DNA from: Lingula anatina
Taxonomy: Eukaryota; Animalia; Brachiopoda
Length of the DNA: 64,000 bases
NCBI GenBank assembly: GCA_051362555.1
Contig: CM120641.1
Location: forward strand, 29,704,401-29,768,400
Direction of reading: 5' to 3'
Shown here: positions 38,043 to 51,133 of the stretch, in pieces
How positions within the stretch are numbered: the first letter of the stretch is position 1
How the letters are laid out: each line of letters opens with the position of its first letter
Notes under the pieces: model-generated
The model's input: the letters and a program-made list of their open reading frames with translations, nothing else
The model's database searches: none
What the model was told of the DNA's origin: nothing
Translations under genes and position numbers: made by a program

Positions 38043-40074
38043 ACTTAAAGCCAAGCAGAAATGCATGCAGCATATGGCACTTCTATTCATTCCTTTTAAA
38101 AAGTACAACCACAACAATGAGTTTATAAGGAAACAAGCTCCCAAGAGAATTTTCATCTTCTAAGGATACCACACCATGATTTGCCTAACTTGTTGGCAGA
38201 ATAAATGTTCTCCAGAGAAGTGGAGAGAAAAATTGCAAAGTTAAGAAGGGTCTCTGTAGATAATAACTGAAATTGTGTTAATCATTTAATACAGAGAACT
38301 TGTTCCAATCTGAACCAATCTAGCCCTTATATACCACAAAAAGGTTGTTACACACTTTATCCATATGGCCATATGGTTCAATGGTTATTTCAATCAACTA
38401 CATGGGGCACACCACCTTTGCTGAAAGCAAATCATGTTGTTAGATATTGAAAATGACATTAAAGAGCTCTTTGGGACATACAAAATCCTGAAAATCCAAT
38501 TCAATCTAGAGGATTCTAAGAAGTCATGGAAACCATCAGGGTGAAGATAGCTAATCAAATAAACAATTACAAGCATTTTACAAGCTTGCCATTCAAGGCT
38601 GTTAAAGGGCTAAATAAAGATTCATTGTAATTAAATATTGGATTTATGGGAACATAACAGCATTGGACAAACGGTAATTCAACATTTTAAGGGTTATGGA
38701 TATTCAACAGACCTTGACGGAAAAAAGCTTTTTTCATAGGAATAAAAAATGTTTGACGCACTGAAGTTTAGAGTGCAGGAATAGCAAAAGCCATTAATTT
38801 TCTCCTTCATCACTGCTATTGGGATAAAGATGAGAGACTGCCAAATGTCTACCATAACTGTTTCAATTAGCTGTAACTATTTGAATTTCCCCAGCTCTCT
38901 TTGGTGGGCTCACAATATGACCATAAAAATGAATAAATAAAGAAATGAATATTTTTTGTTAAATCACACTACATGAGAGAAGTACATGGGCATGTATGCT
39001 TTAATCAGCACCTGACTTTAATTAGACAAAGAAGATTTACAATTTGAATCTTATAATTAAAATATCTACATAATGAACATTCTCAGCGATTTCAGTCACT
39101 TTTGAGAAGGCGTGTCTCTAGCAAATACAGAAGCACACAATACCTTTTTTCACCTCCAGCTTTTACACGTCATGCAAACACAGCAAATACATCTGTTTAT
39201 ATAATTGTGTTACCAAAATGAATCACCTGCCACCTTACCAAATGTATCAAGTGATGATGTATGGAAAAATTCTATCAAAATCAATGTTTATATGTAAGTC
39301 ATGAATACTACACTTTCAAGAGCAAATAGTCTTAGGGGCCTCCCCACGCAGCGTCTCTGCAGGGGCACAGTAATTAAATCTCGACTCCATTTGACCAGAC
39401 GCGTGGGGAGGTGTGTAAGAGGTGGAGAGACCATCACAGGATTAAGCAGTCTTCCTTTCATGCAGGGTCTGCCATATTTGAGCCGTGGACCAGTTGATAC
39501 TCAGATCTTGTATTCTGAATGGCCCCATAGGCTTATTCTATGACAATGTTTGATGCTTATGCATAGAACAGTTTTTCACATGCAGTTTCATATCACACAA
39601 ACCAAAAGATCTACAAAGAAATTAAAAGTCCTGCTCAAAATCTATGAACTGTTCACCTTAGCCTGAACATGCAGGTAATTCAGTTGTGACCAAGCCTGTC
39701 AGAGTGAACAAAAGGAACAGTCAACAAGTAAATCTAACATGTGGATCTATCATAAATGAAAACTTTTTAACACTCAATATGTATTACAGTTTGCATTCAA
39801 CATACTGTAGAACTTCTAAAAAAATTAGATCACAGTATTAAGGTAACTATAAGATCAAAATCTTAGGATTGTCAGCCTAACAACATATAGCAAAGAAAGC
39901 AAACTAAAATTGGTTTTGAATACTTAAAGTCTTTACATTAATGCCATTTGACAATGACACCTTTTTCACTTATGTTGTCATTTAGCAAATGCCAAATGCA
40001 TTTAACATATAATGTTTTCAGATCTTTTTCCTCGTCACCAAAATTTGTTCCCATTTCTGGTTATTATAAAACTG

Positions 40075-40300
40075 CATTCAGATCCACACACATACTAGCT
40101 GGGTTGGTCCAACTCTGCTTAGAATTCTCACTCCAGTGCAATCAGTGGAACCAGCTTAATTGTCTGACAAGCTTCCTCGAGCAGCTAGCGGCTAATTAGC
40201 TATTGTGTGCTGATTAAGCTGGTTTCACTGATTGCACTTTAGTGAGAATCCCCTGTAGAGTTGCACTGGTCTAGCTAGTGAGATGTGTAAATCTGAATAT
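40075..40300. mobile_element. Foldback MITE family E (second copy ~49140-49350)
   Basis: Two similar copies, each with long imperfect inverted arms. Confidence 0.7.
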
Positions 40301-40629
40301 AAGCTCCTCACCTCCAGCCAGGCCCTCACATGTCAGCCTTTCTTTACAAATAATGATGTCAAAGTGTTTAAAACAATGTCATACTTCTAAGTCATGCAAT
40401 GGTAATCAGTACAGTAAACTGACTTCTTTAGATACCAAAAAAAGTGCCCTTATGCCTTAAAAGTGCATTAACTACCAGATCACTACAAATAAAAGCACGC
40501 TACATGTACACTAAAATAGTACATTTTACAGACCTTTTCAATCTGTCCTGTCTCTGTCCTTTGCACCCATTTACTGTGTCTGGGAGCTTAGCTATGTTTC
40601 TGTGGCAATACCCTGACACAGAAATAGGA

Positions 40630-40840
40630 ACCATTCCCACAGATATTTGAATCAATCTATCTCCACGGGGAGTCTCACTAAATTGCTATCTGCTCATGGT
40701 GAGGCCGAGCATGCAAGAAAGTTAATTACTCCCCTATCTGATTCGGTAAGCGTGACAAACATTTAAGCCTCTTAAGCTGATAGCAATTTAGCGTGCACCC
40801 CCAGGGAGTTAGGTCGATCCAGATGGATCAATCTAGGCAT
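40630..40840. mobile_element. MITE family C, degenerate copy
   Basis: Shares ccattcccacagat..ggggagtctcacta..ccccagggagttaggtcgatc with 59292-59506. Confidence 0.7.
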
Positions 40841-41358
40841 GGGCACCCAGTCATACACTCCAAATTCAGAGCCACCTGTTCTAAAACTAAGAGTTGAAAA
40901 ATAATGTGCTCATGGTAACAATTTTTCTAAAGCAGCGATACCCAGACAATCCTGTGGCTAATAACTAGATTGACACATCTCTATATTTCCTGAAATGCTT
41001 CTGAAAAATAACAAACAAGCAGACTGTTATTTACATGTCTATCATAAAGGTTAACTGAGTACGTAGGTTGGAATTATCAGAGGATTAGACTTGAAATGGC
41101 CATAATTTCTCTTTTTCTGTTTCCAGTGGGGCACCTCACATGCTTTTAGCTATGTACATTGCTAAACGCATTCAGGAATGAGGAAATACACACTATTTAT
41201 GTGTTGTTTACTTCAGATACTGAGTACATTTAACTGACTCATGGTCAAACATATCCAGAAGGGATTTTGTTATCCTTCATAATTTACCAGAGCCCCTCTC
41301 CCCTAACCCATATCTTTGATTTCTAAGTCATAGTACAACTGTGATTGATAGTACTACT

Positions 41359-41698
41359 CACTAGTGGGCTGGATTTGGTCTTAAAGTGCAATTTAAGTTC
41401 ACAAGTGACCTTACACGATCTTAAACATTACAGCAGTAGTCTTAAAATGTACTGAATCTGCTTTTAAGATCAAAAATGATCTAACATCTACTTAAATGGT
41501 CAAGCAGTTTCCTCCCCTCACAATGGGGGATACCTCCCCTCACAATAGAGGACACCTCTGCTCACAATAGGAGAAAGTATAAGGGGAGACAACTTAATTG
41601 GCTGTTAGACCAGAAATAGTCTTACTCATGGTTTAAGATCATGTAAGACTATTTGTGAACTTAAATTGCACTTTAAGACCAAATCAAGCCCACTAGTG
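41359..41698. mobile_element. CACTA/EnSpm-like MITE
   Basis: TIRs of about 68 bp starting CACTAGTGGGCT; 3-bp TSD ACT. Confidence 0.8.
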
Positions 41699-43327
41699 AC
41701 TGTGAATTGAATGTATTTCCACAACTTAAGACCCAACTGAATGTTGAGTCTTTTAATTAGCTTCAACTTTTTTAGGACATCTTGGTCTAATATACAATAT
41801 CATCCTGTCTGCAAATTACTTATTCTGAAGGTCACACACCATGCCCAGGACAATGACTCTACTGATTAATCTTTCAATCCTCCTTAAATCCAAGTTAATT
41901 TAGACACTATTGATCACTATTGGATATAACAAACATTAGATTACAAAACTGAAGTTATTCGTAAGAGAATAATTACTGACTTTTCTTTGCCACATGCCAA
42001 ATTTTCCTACTCGTAATAACTTATTATTGCTGGAAACTTCAACTTTAAGTACAAGTTCAAGTCTCAAATCCAGCTTATTTATATATATTAAGTAATATAT
42101 TAAAGGGATAATAACTCTTCGTATGAGATTTATATTTCACAATAAAAACCTTGTGAATAACTCATAGAAATATAATATATTCTGTTTTACCACAAAAACA
42201 GCAGTTATAACTATTATTCTGATATCTGAACTTGTCTTTAGACCACGTTTTCTCCATTGATGTCTATACTCTGTTAAAATCTCTTAAGAGATTTTAACAA
42301 AAAACCAAACTTTTTAGAAAAAAACCAGGGACTAACTTTGAATGTAAAAATGGATTCATTAACCATTGGTAAGTATGGGAAAATTGATGTTTACTCCAGG
42401 AAAATTCATTTTTTGGCCAAAACGAAGAGTTATTATTGCTTTAATAATATCAGTAACACCAATTTGGATATCAGGTAAATGTATTTCTGATATTCTGATG
42501 ATAATTTCAACTACTTTGGTGTATGAAATTTCAGTTATTTTTGTCTGTGAGCAGCCAGAGGAGATGGGAAGTTCACCTCAGTTAAAAAACCCAAAGAATG
42601 GCAAGAGACCAGAAATGAAGCACTCAAACATTATATGTTACCAACGAGGGGGGGTGAGGGGTGGGGTGGGGTGGGGGGCATAGAAAAGAAGGTCAAGAAA
42701 GATTGGAATATTATGTATCAAGTGCAAAGTTATAAATCAATACAATAGCTTCTTTCTTCAAACTTACTTTGCCACTGCAAAGAAAAACCAGCCATGTCAT
42801 GTTATTTTGAACCATAATTGTATTCATGTTAACATGTTTATATTAAAACATATCACGTCAAAAGTTTTAAAAAACATTTATTTGAGACTTACTTGAAACC
42901 CGAATTTGCCCTTTATGCTTGTTCTGATTGGGCATCATGATTGGTCAAGATCGTGAGAGGCGATAGTGACTTAGACTCTGTAATTCCAGGTGAGCACCAA
43001 AAGTACTGCTTATTTTCTATTTTTTTTTCTATTCAATGAGTTTAAACAGCCCAGCTTCAATAGTAATTAGTAAAAATAATAATAAAAAAAAACTAACATA
43101 TTTGATTGAATTTTCTGTGGGAGTGCCAAAGTAAATTTGCAGAAAGAAACTAGTATTGTACTGATTTCTCACTTATTGTCTTAGAGAAGACAACTGATAT
43201 CTTTTAACAACAGAACTGATTGTGCTAGAAAAGACATTGGGTGAGATTTTATCAATTAATTACCATTGTCCAATAATTTAATTGAATGAGTGATCTTAGT
43301 AATCTTATAGAATTGAAATCGACAATA

Positions 43328-43604
43328 AATACATAAAAATCAAAATTTGGAACATATGTGGTAAAATTCAACAATAAACCAACATTGCAGTCTTGCCATG
43401 AGACCTAATACTAGGTAATGATATTGATGAACTGGTCACCCCATTTAGGCACTGGGGATGATTCTTAGCCATATGATAATAAACAGGTGACCAGTCCATC
43501 CCATTCATTACCTACTGAAAGGTCTCAGTGTGAGACAGCAATGTAGTTTTGTTACTGAATTTTACCATTTACCAAGTTCCAGAACATGATTTTATATATG
43601 TATT
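43328..43604. mobile_element. Old degenerate foldback element
   Basis: Imperfect inverted arms of about 110 bp (for example ctggtcacc/ggtgaccag and ggtaaaattca/tgaattttacc). Confidence 0.55.
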
Positions 43605-43837
43605 CTTGACTGTCCATTATGCTGACCTAATTTCAAATAAATCAAAAATACTGTTTTGGAGTTATGGAGTGAACAATACAGCTTCATAAATAAATAATAA
43701 AAAGCCCCATGCCATAACTTGTACACAGGTACATATGAAGCGAGAGAGTATATGCCCTGTAGCATACATAAATTATTAGTACCAGTTTCTTGCACAACAC
43801 AAAATCCATACTTAAAAAAAAAACACACTTGAACTTA

Positions 43838-44094
43838 GGCTTCGTTCACATGCAATGTCTATTTTCTAAATTCTATTTTCTATTCGCGCTATCTTATGAT
43901 CACGGTCTGTGCCCTGAATATCCCGCCGCGTAATTACTGGCAGCGCGAGCCAGTTACTTATAGTAACTTATAGTAACTGGCTCGCGCTGCCAGTAATTAC
44001 GCCGCGGGATATTCAGGGCACAGACCGTGATCATAAGACATACCGCGAATAGAAAATAGAATTTAGAAAATAGACATTGCATGTGAATGAAGCC
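43838..44094. mobile_element. 257-bp near-perfect palindromic Harbinger-like MITE
   Basis: Arms of about 120 bp starting GGCTTCGTTCACATGCAATG; TTA TSD. Confidence 0.85.
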
Positions 44095-46620
44095 TTAATC
44101 TCTCAGGCAGCAGAAAAAAAAGCTTTAAAGAAACTTTTAAAGATGATCAGAATACCTATTTTTCTGTGAACACTTATAGTGTCTGTACATAAAAACTTAT
44201 ACAGACAATGCAGTGTCTTGCAATGAATGTTAAAGATGATTTCCACATTCTTAGAATGTGCCCATACATAATGCATCTACAGATAAACAGATGGATAGTC
44301 ACCTGGAAACCAATCATCTTCTGAAAACCCTGATTCCACTTTATATCCACTACCCACACTTTTTCTGTTGAATGTATGTATACACATTTTCTTGCATATG
44401 GGACCTTTCCACTCTTAAAATAATATATCAGTGTTACAGTGGAAGCAGCAATGATCTATGACAACACGTCAGAGGATTTTCCATGCACTCTCACTAGGAT
44501 ACATTGTGAAACTAGTAAAACCCAATTTCATGGTATTGGTACCCAGATTATTTAATTTTCTTTAATAAATTCTACAAAGTTAGTGTATATAAACTCTAAG
44601 ATGAATATTTTCAATTGACCTTAATGCATCTAAGAGGGTTAGTAATACATCTAAAACGCTTGCATGTTTAGACAGGAATGAAATAGTAATGTATATCATT
44701 AGTATATAATTGACAACTTTTAGTTAATCATATTGGTAGTTTATGTTGTATGGTAAGTCAGTATACATTGGAACTTTTCATACTCATAATAACACATCTT
44801 TTCTTAAAAGGTCATGTTTTTAGTTATTTTGCATCATTCGCTGATTTTTCCACTTGCTTAGCTGACCTTTTTAAGAATTTGATGTGTCATCTTTTGACTT
44901 GATTTTTTTACATAATACTTTATAAATTACGATGAATGGTGTTTTTAAGTCAGGGGAACAGACATACTGAAAGTAATGTCAAATGCACTTCACATTTACT
45001 CAGACTTTAAGCTTAATTGTTCTATCTCCCTGTTTGTTCATTTTCAGTTTTTCATAAAATCATATATATAAAGGTCACTGTTTATCTCAATAGTAGACAT
45101 CCCCTGCTATGCAATGAGCAAAATGTATTTGTAGTGAACTTGCTTCAGTCTTAAACATACAGAAAAGATATCAAACTAGAGGATCAGAGAGGCGATACCG
45201 CCTCCGAATATTGTACCACCAGCTGGAGCAAGCGCATTCGTATAGACCCCCACATACACAAAATAAGGGGTGCAGCCACCAGTCTTGTGCTTGACAAGCT
45301 GTAAAAATGCAATCAACAAGAATTTTCAAAATATGCAAAAAATATATATAACTAAAAATGGTGCAATCAAAGTTAAGTTCATTGTAAGGTAGGTCAAAGG
45401 TCAATTTCAAGGTCACAGTAAATTGCCAGTATATGACTTCCTATCCAACTTCAATAGTAACTATGGACCTATCTCTGCCAGTTTTGGAGATAAAAGGGAA
45501 GCAAAATTTGCAAAGTTCAGTTCATGGTGAAAAGTAGGTCAAAGGTCAATTTCAAGGTCACAGTAAGATTGCCAGTATATGACTTCCTATTCAACTTCAA
45601 TAGTAACTATGGACCTATCTCTGCCAGTTTTGGAGATAAAAGGGAAGCAAAATTTGCAAAGTTCAGTTCATGGTGAAAAGTAGGTCAAAGGTCAATTTCA
45701 AGGTCACATTTAGATTGCCAGTATATGACTTCCTATTCAACTTCAATAGTAACTATGGACCTATCTCTGCCAGTTTTGGAGATAAAAGGGAAGCAAAATT
45801 TGCAAAGTTCAGTTCATGGTGAAAAGAAGGTCAAAGGTCAATTTCAAGGTCACAGTAAAATTGCCAGTATATGACTTCCTATGCAAGTTCAATAGTAACT
45901 ATGGACCTATCTCTGCCAGTTTTGGAGATAAAAGGGAAGCAAATTTTGCAAAGTTCAGTTCAAGGTGAAAAGTAGGTCAAAGGTCAATTTCAAGGTCACA
46001 GTAAAATTGCCAGTATATGACTTCCTATTCAAGTTCAATAGTAACTATGGACCTATCTCTGCCAGTTTTGGAGATAAAAGGGAAGCAAAATTTGCAAAGT
46101 TCAGTTCATGGTGATAAGTAGGTCAAAGGTCAATTTCAAGGTCACAGTAAGATTGCCAGTATATGACTTCCTATTCAACTTCAATAGTAACTATGGACCT
46201 ATCTCTGTCAGTTTTGGAGATAAAAGGGAAGCAAAATTTGCAAAGTTCAGTTCATGGTGAAAAGTAGGTCAAAGGTCAATGTCAAGGTCACAGTAAGATT
46301 GCCAGTATATGACTTCCTATTCAACTTCAATAGTAACTATGGACCTATCTCTGCCAGTTTTGGAGATATAAGGGACTAAATGTTATAATTTTGGAGTTAC
46401 CATAATGTGCCATAAATTTCCTACAGAAAAAATTAATTAAAATAAAGAAAAGGTCATTTTGGTCAAAGTTCTTGAAATGGGAGGTTCTCTGAAGTTGCAG
46501 AAGTTTAAATTTGATAAAATAATGTCATTTTTGACCACAAGTTGTCTGCTTTGCCAAGCATTATGTTTTATTTTTCCGGAGTTCAAAATTTATTATCCAT
46601 TACCGTACTGCACATTTTTA

Positions 46621-46908
46621 CGGAAGCCGACTGGTGTCATATGTTGAAAAAAAAAATTATCTCGAAATTTCGAGATAGCATTTTTTTTGTTCAAATTTCA
46701 AAATACTATCTCGAAATTTCGAGATAAATTTTTTTGCTCAAATATCAAAATGCTATCTCGAAATTTCGAGATAATTTTTTTTTTGTTCAAATTTCAAAAT
46801 GCTATCTCGAAATTTCGAGATAAAAATTTTTTTTGTTCAAATTTCAAAATAGTATCTCGAAATTTCGAGATAATTTTTTTTTCTACATATGGCACCAGTC
46901 GGCTTCCG
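46621..46908. mobile_element. Nested MITE with TA flanks (Tc1/mariner-like) carrying five palindromic repeats
   Basis: TIR CGGAAGCCGACTGGTG..CATATGT; TA on both sides; TATCTCGAAATTTCGAGATA every 47-50 bp. Confidence 0.8.
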
Positions 46909-48472
46909 TACATTTTCCTTTCACCACCAATATGTACTTTCTGATACAGCGTAACTCGAAAACCGTATGGAATACAAAAAAACCGAGACCACCTCCAGTG
47001 TTGGGCTTTACATGCTCTACAAAATGAATGAAAAAGAATGGGTCTCTAGCATTAACGGTTCCCGAATTAGAGACAGTTTTCAGTTTCGGTATCTTATGGC
47101 CGCTACTCCTGTGAAAATGCACCGATTGACCCCAAATTCACGGAGATGAAAGATGACCTGAAGGGTAACACTTTCCAATAATATTATTGGTTAAGTCTGT
47201 GTGGCGTCTGAATAACAGGGCAAAAAATTTTTTTTTCATAAAAAATTTCATTTTTTTGAAAATTTTGACCCATTTGACCTTGAAGTAAAGGTCAAAGGTC
47301 AAATCCGAGGGTATATTTGAAATCTACACATATGACTTTTGGAAAGCCGTCTATAGAAATTTTTCCCGTAACTCCTTCTGTAGGGTAGATAATTAGCATT
47401 TAATTTTGCCATTTTTAGACAAGGGTGCATTGCAATGAGTGCCACACCCAGACCCCAATACCGACAAAGCCCAAATTTTACGTGGAACGAGTTGAGATTA
47501 TAGGTGACCTAAATCCATGAGATGGGTAAGGGGGCCCTTACCGTCTAGGAGGAGAAGCGGTAACGGTAACATGGCGGCGGAGCCGGCGGAACGGACCGGA
47601 CGGGACCGAAACCATGTGTACCGCCAGCGCTAACGCTGGTGGTAAATTTTTTTGTTCAAATTTCAAAATAGTATCTCGAAATTTCGAGATAATTTTTTTT
47701 TCTACATATGGCACCAGTGGGCTTCCGTACATTTTCCTTTCACCACCAATATGTACTTTTTGATACAGCGTAACTCGAAAACCGTATGGAATACAAAAAA
47801 ACCGAGACCACCTCCAGTGTTGGGCTTTACATGCTCTACAAAATGCAAAAAAGAATGGGTCTCTAGCATTAACGGTTCCCGAATTAGAGACAGTTTTCAG
47901 TTTCGGTATCTTATGGCCGCTACTCCTGTGAAAATGCACCGATTGACCCCAAATTCACGGAGATGAAAGATGACCTGAAGGGTAACACTTTCCAATAATA
48001 TTATTGGTTAAGTCTGTGTGGTGTCTGAATAACAGGGCAAAAAATTTTTTTTTCGTAAAAAATTTCATTTTTTTGAAAATTTTGGCCCATTTGACCTTGA
48101 AGTAAAGGTCAAAGGTCAAATCCGAGGGTATATTTGAAATCTACACATATGACTTTTGGAAAGCCGTCTGTAGAAATTTTTCACGTAACTCCTTCCGTAG
48201 GGTAGATAATTAGCATTTAATTTTGCCATTTTTGGACAAGGGTGCATTGCAATGAGTGCCACACCCAGACCCCAATACCGACAAAGCCCAAATTTTACGT
48301 GGAACGAGTTGAGATTATAGGTGACCTAAATCCATGAGATGGGTATGGGGGGCCTTACCGTCTAGGAGGAGAAGCGGTAACGGTAGCCGTCCGGCGGAGC
48401 CGGCGGAGCCGGCGGAACGATCCGGACGAGACCGAAACCATGTGTACCGCCAGCGCTAACGCTGGTGGTACA
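46823..48472. repeat. ~820-bp tandem duplication
   Basis: 46823-47643 is repeated at 47644-48472 (offset 819) with few differences. Confidence 0.9.
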
Positions 48473-49390
48473 ATGACCAGTCAAAGTGCTGCTTTATAGC
48501 TGCATCTTCATTTTTCATAAACCTTCACAAAATCTGAATATATTTACCTTGATCTAGAATTCTGTGTAAGCATTGTTTGAAAAAAACACATTCGCAGGAA
48601 GAAATGCATGATTAAAACCGATTTGATTTTGACAAAAAAGGTATGCCAACACACATGATGTATAAAGAAATGCTTATACAAGACCTGTGACTGAAACCAT
48701 ATTGTTTTTGAAAATAAATAAAATTATGCATTTTTCACGTGGAAAATTTGCATTATGTATGGCCAAATTCTAAGAATGTGGAAATCACCTTTAACAGTCA
48801 TTGCAAGACACTGTTTTTAAATAAATGTGTGACATTCATTCTTGGACAACAGTCCTTGAAATGAATGTGCTAATGAGAATTCTCAAAAAGGTCTGCAATT
48901 GTGATAATTGTTATGATCAAAAACATATTACAATCAGCTTAAAACGTGGCTGTCAACGTTTCTTGGCGTCATAAAAGACTAGAACACGTGTAAGAGTCCA
49001 TGTGAGGTGGTGTTCACTTTTCAGCCATAAGGGTGAATATGCACCAGGAATGTGGTCCAAGAAAGCAGTGCAAAAGTGACCCTCAAAACATGGTGAATCC
49101 ATACTGTTGTGTGATAGGCTACAAAAACAACCAAAAAAAATCACACATCGTACTAGCTGGGTTGATCCAACTCTATGGGGATTCTTGCTAAAGTGCAATC
49201 GGTGGAATCAGCTTAATTGTCTGACAAGCCTCCTAGAGCAGCAAGTGGATAATTAGCTATTGTGTGCTGATGAAGCTGATTCCACTGATTGTACTTTAGT
49301 AAGAATCCTCCACATAATTGGACCAACCCAGCCAGTACAATGTGTGAATTTGAACGTGTCCTTTGACTCAACTTTCATCCTGTGTAACAG

Positions 49391-49572
49391 CAGGCCTGTA
49401 GCCAGGGAGAGTTGGGGGGGGGAGGGGGGGGGGGGTTCGAATGAACCATCCTTTTTGCTCAGAAAAGGTTCCCTTTGGGTTAAATTTTATCTCAGTACAT
49501 AAAGGTTTCATGGTAAAAGGTCCACTTTTTCAGAAAAAGAATCCCCTTTTGAAATTGCTGGTTAAGGGCCTG
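49391..49572. mobile_element. MITE family D copy
   Basis: CAGGCCTGTAG..GGGCCTG with 5-bp TSD AACAG. Confidence 0.8.
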
Positions 49573-51133
49573 AACAGCTCACCATCCGAATATTACTGAG
49601 GCAAAATAAAGGTAAAGAGGATTGTAAATTATCCTGTGACAATATCGATAAAATTCCTGCAAAAATGGATGAAATTTTTGGGGGGTTCGAAACATTATAT
49701 AGGCCCTACATTTGGACAAGTAGCTCCTTCCAGTTTGTTTAACAGGGCACCCCCCCCCCCAAAAAAAAAAAAAATAATAATAATAAAAATAAGCATAAAA
49801 ACCTCAGAGCATTTATCATCAATTTAACATCTTTCTATTTTGAGGCAAATAGCAATTGGGTGTACATGTGACTCCATCCCTGCTTGGATAAGATCTTATT
49901 TCAAAAATTGGCATTGTTGATGGCCAGTATGTGTATGGGATTCCATCCCATGCCATCATTTTGTTTTAAATGTTTTTTTTTATAAAGTTATGAGTCCCTA
50001 ATTACAGATTTTCATTAAACAAAGGCATTATTTTGCTTTATTGATGATATAATCTGAACAAAGGCTTTTAAAAAAATCACTGACAGAGTTTTAAAGTCAT
50101 AAAAATGACACTGGGGCATTTTTTATGGGTGTTCAGGTAAAGGAGAAATGTGAGAAACCGATTTTGCAATTTTTATCCCAAAACCACAATAACGAAGTCA
50201 TCGGTATGATAACATTTGTGTAAATGCTGTGGAATTAAGTCATTGGGCATTAAAGATATACATTATCTGATATCCAAGAAATTGGAGTTGAATCCCACAT
50301 CCCTTGAAAGAACCAGTGAAAATGAAAAATTCACAAAAAACAAACAACAACAACTATATAATAGAACTGACCTAGCTGTATTTCAGTGTCATTAATCACT
50401 CCAGTAACTTAAGGAACAATAAGTCACCCAGTTTTCCATTTTTTGTGCTACCTGTGGAAAGTGCACAGCAACATATCAGATGCAGGTGAAGGCTGTATGA
50501 AGAGACACACTGTGTCTGTACATAACAGGCAACAAAACTAAAAATTAAAGTCAATTTTTTTATTTTTAACCCAATACTTTAAAACTCTAGCAATTGTTTT
50601 GGTTCTTGAATTATCATTACTTTTATCTTACTGTCAATCTGTAGACTTTTTTAAAGCCCATCTTTGAAATCCATCCTCATTTGTCACGTTTTCATTTTTG
50701 TGGTGCTTTAACTGCAACATATACTGGATCAAAATGCATTCAGAAGCCCATCTGACCACATGTAGGGAGGCCACCAGAACAGGTTAAATGAAAACACCTG
50801 TTAACAGAAATAATGTGTCAAGGAACCAGATAGGAATTACCATTCCACATATATCAAGAATATGACAAAATAGAAGCCAGAATAGAACTGATCAGTTGCT
50901 TAGTTGTCCTAATTTTGCAGGTCATTTTTATAGTACTAACAAGAGAAGATATTGGTTTGCTGATTTGTGTCTGACTCAATTTACACTAATTTTTTTCTCT
51001 AAACAAGATGTTATGCATGTAAAAATCTTTGTAAGCAAACCACAGGAGAAGTTTGGCATTGGTTTTTTAACACTGTTTCTAACTTCTAAACAGGGCAAGT
51101 TTGTAACTCTAACACCAAACACAATCCAGTGAT

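Larger units (their letters stand above)
45175..48472 (-). mobile_element. HINE family A copy 2, with a 7 x 146-bp array, a nested MITE and a duplicated end
   Basis: Same termini and body as 4929-6910; unit landmarks (AGGTCA) at 45391, 45536, 45682, 45828, 45974, 46120 and 46266. Confidence 0.85.

Noticed and set aside
45391-46908. CRISPR-like appearance of the regular repeats
   Set aside because: No unique spacers, no cas genes, and a eukaryotic context; these are repeats internal to transposons.
46459-47966. Overlapping ORFs of 60-133 aa
   Set aside because: They lie inside the non-autonomous HINE/MITE, the frames break between duplicate copies, and no Rep or helicase motifs are present.
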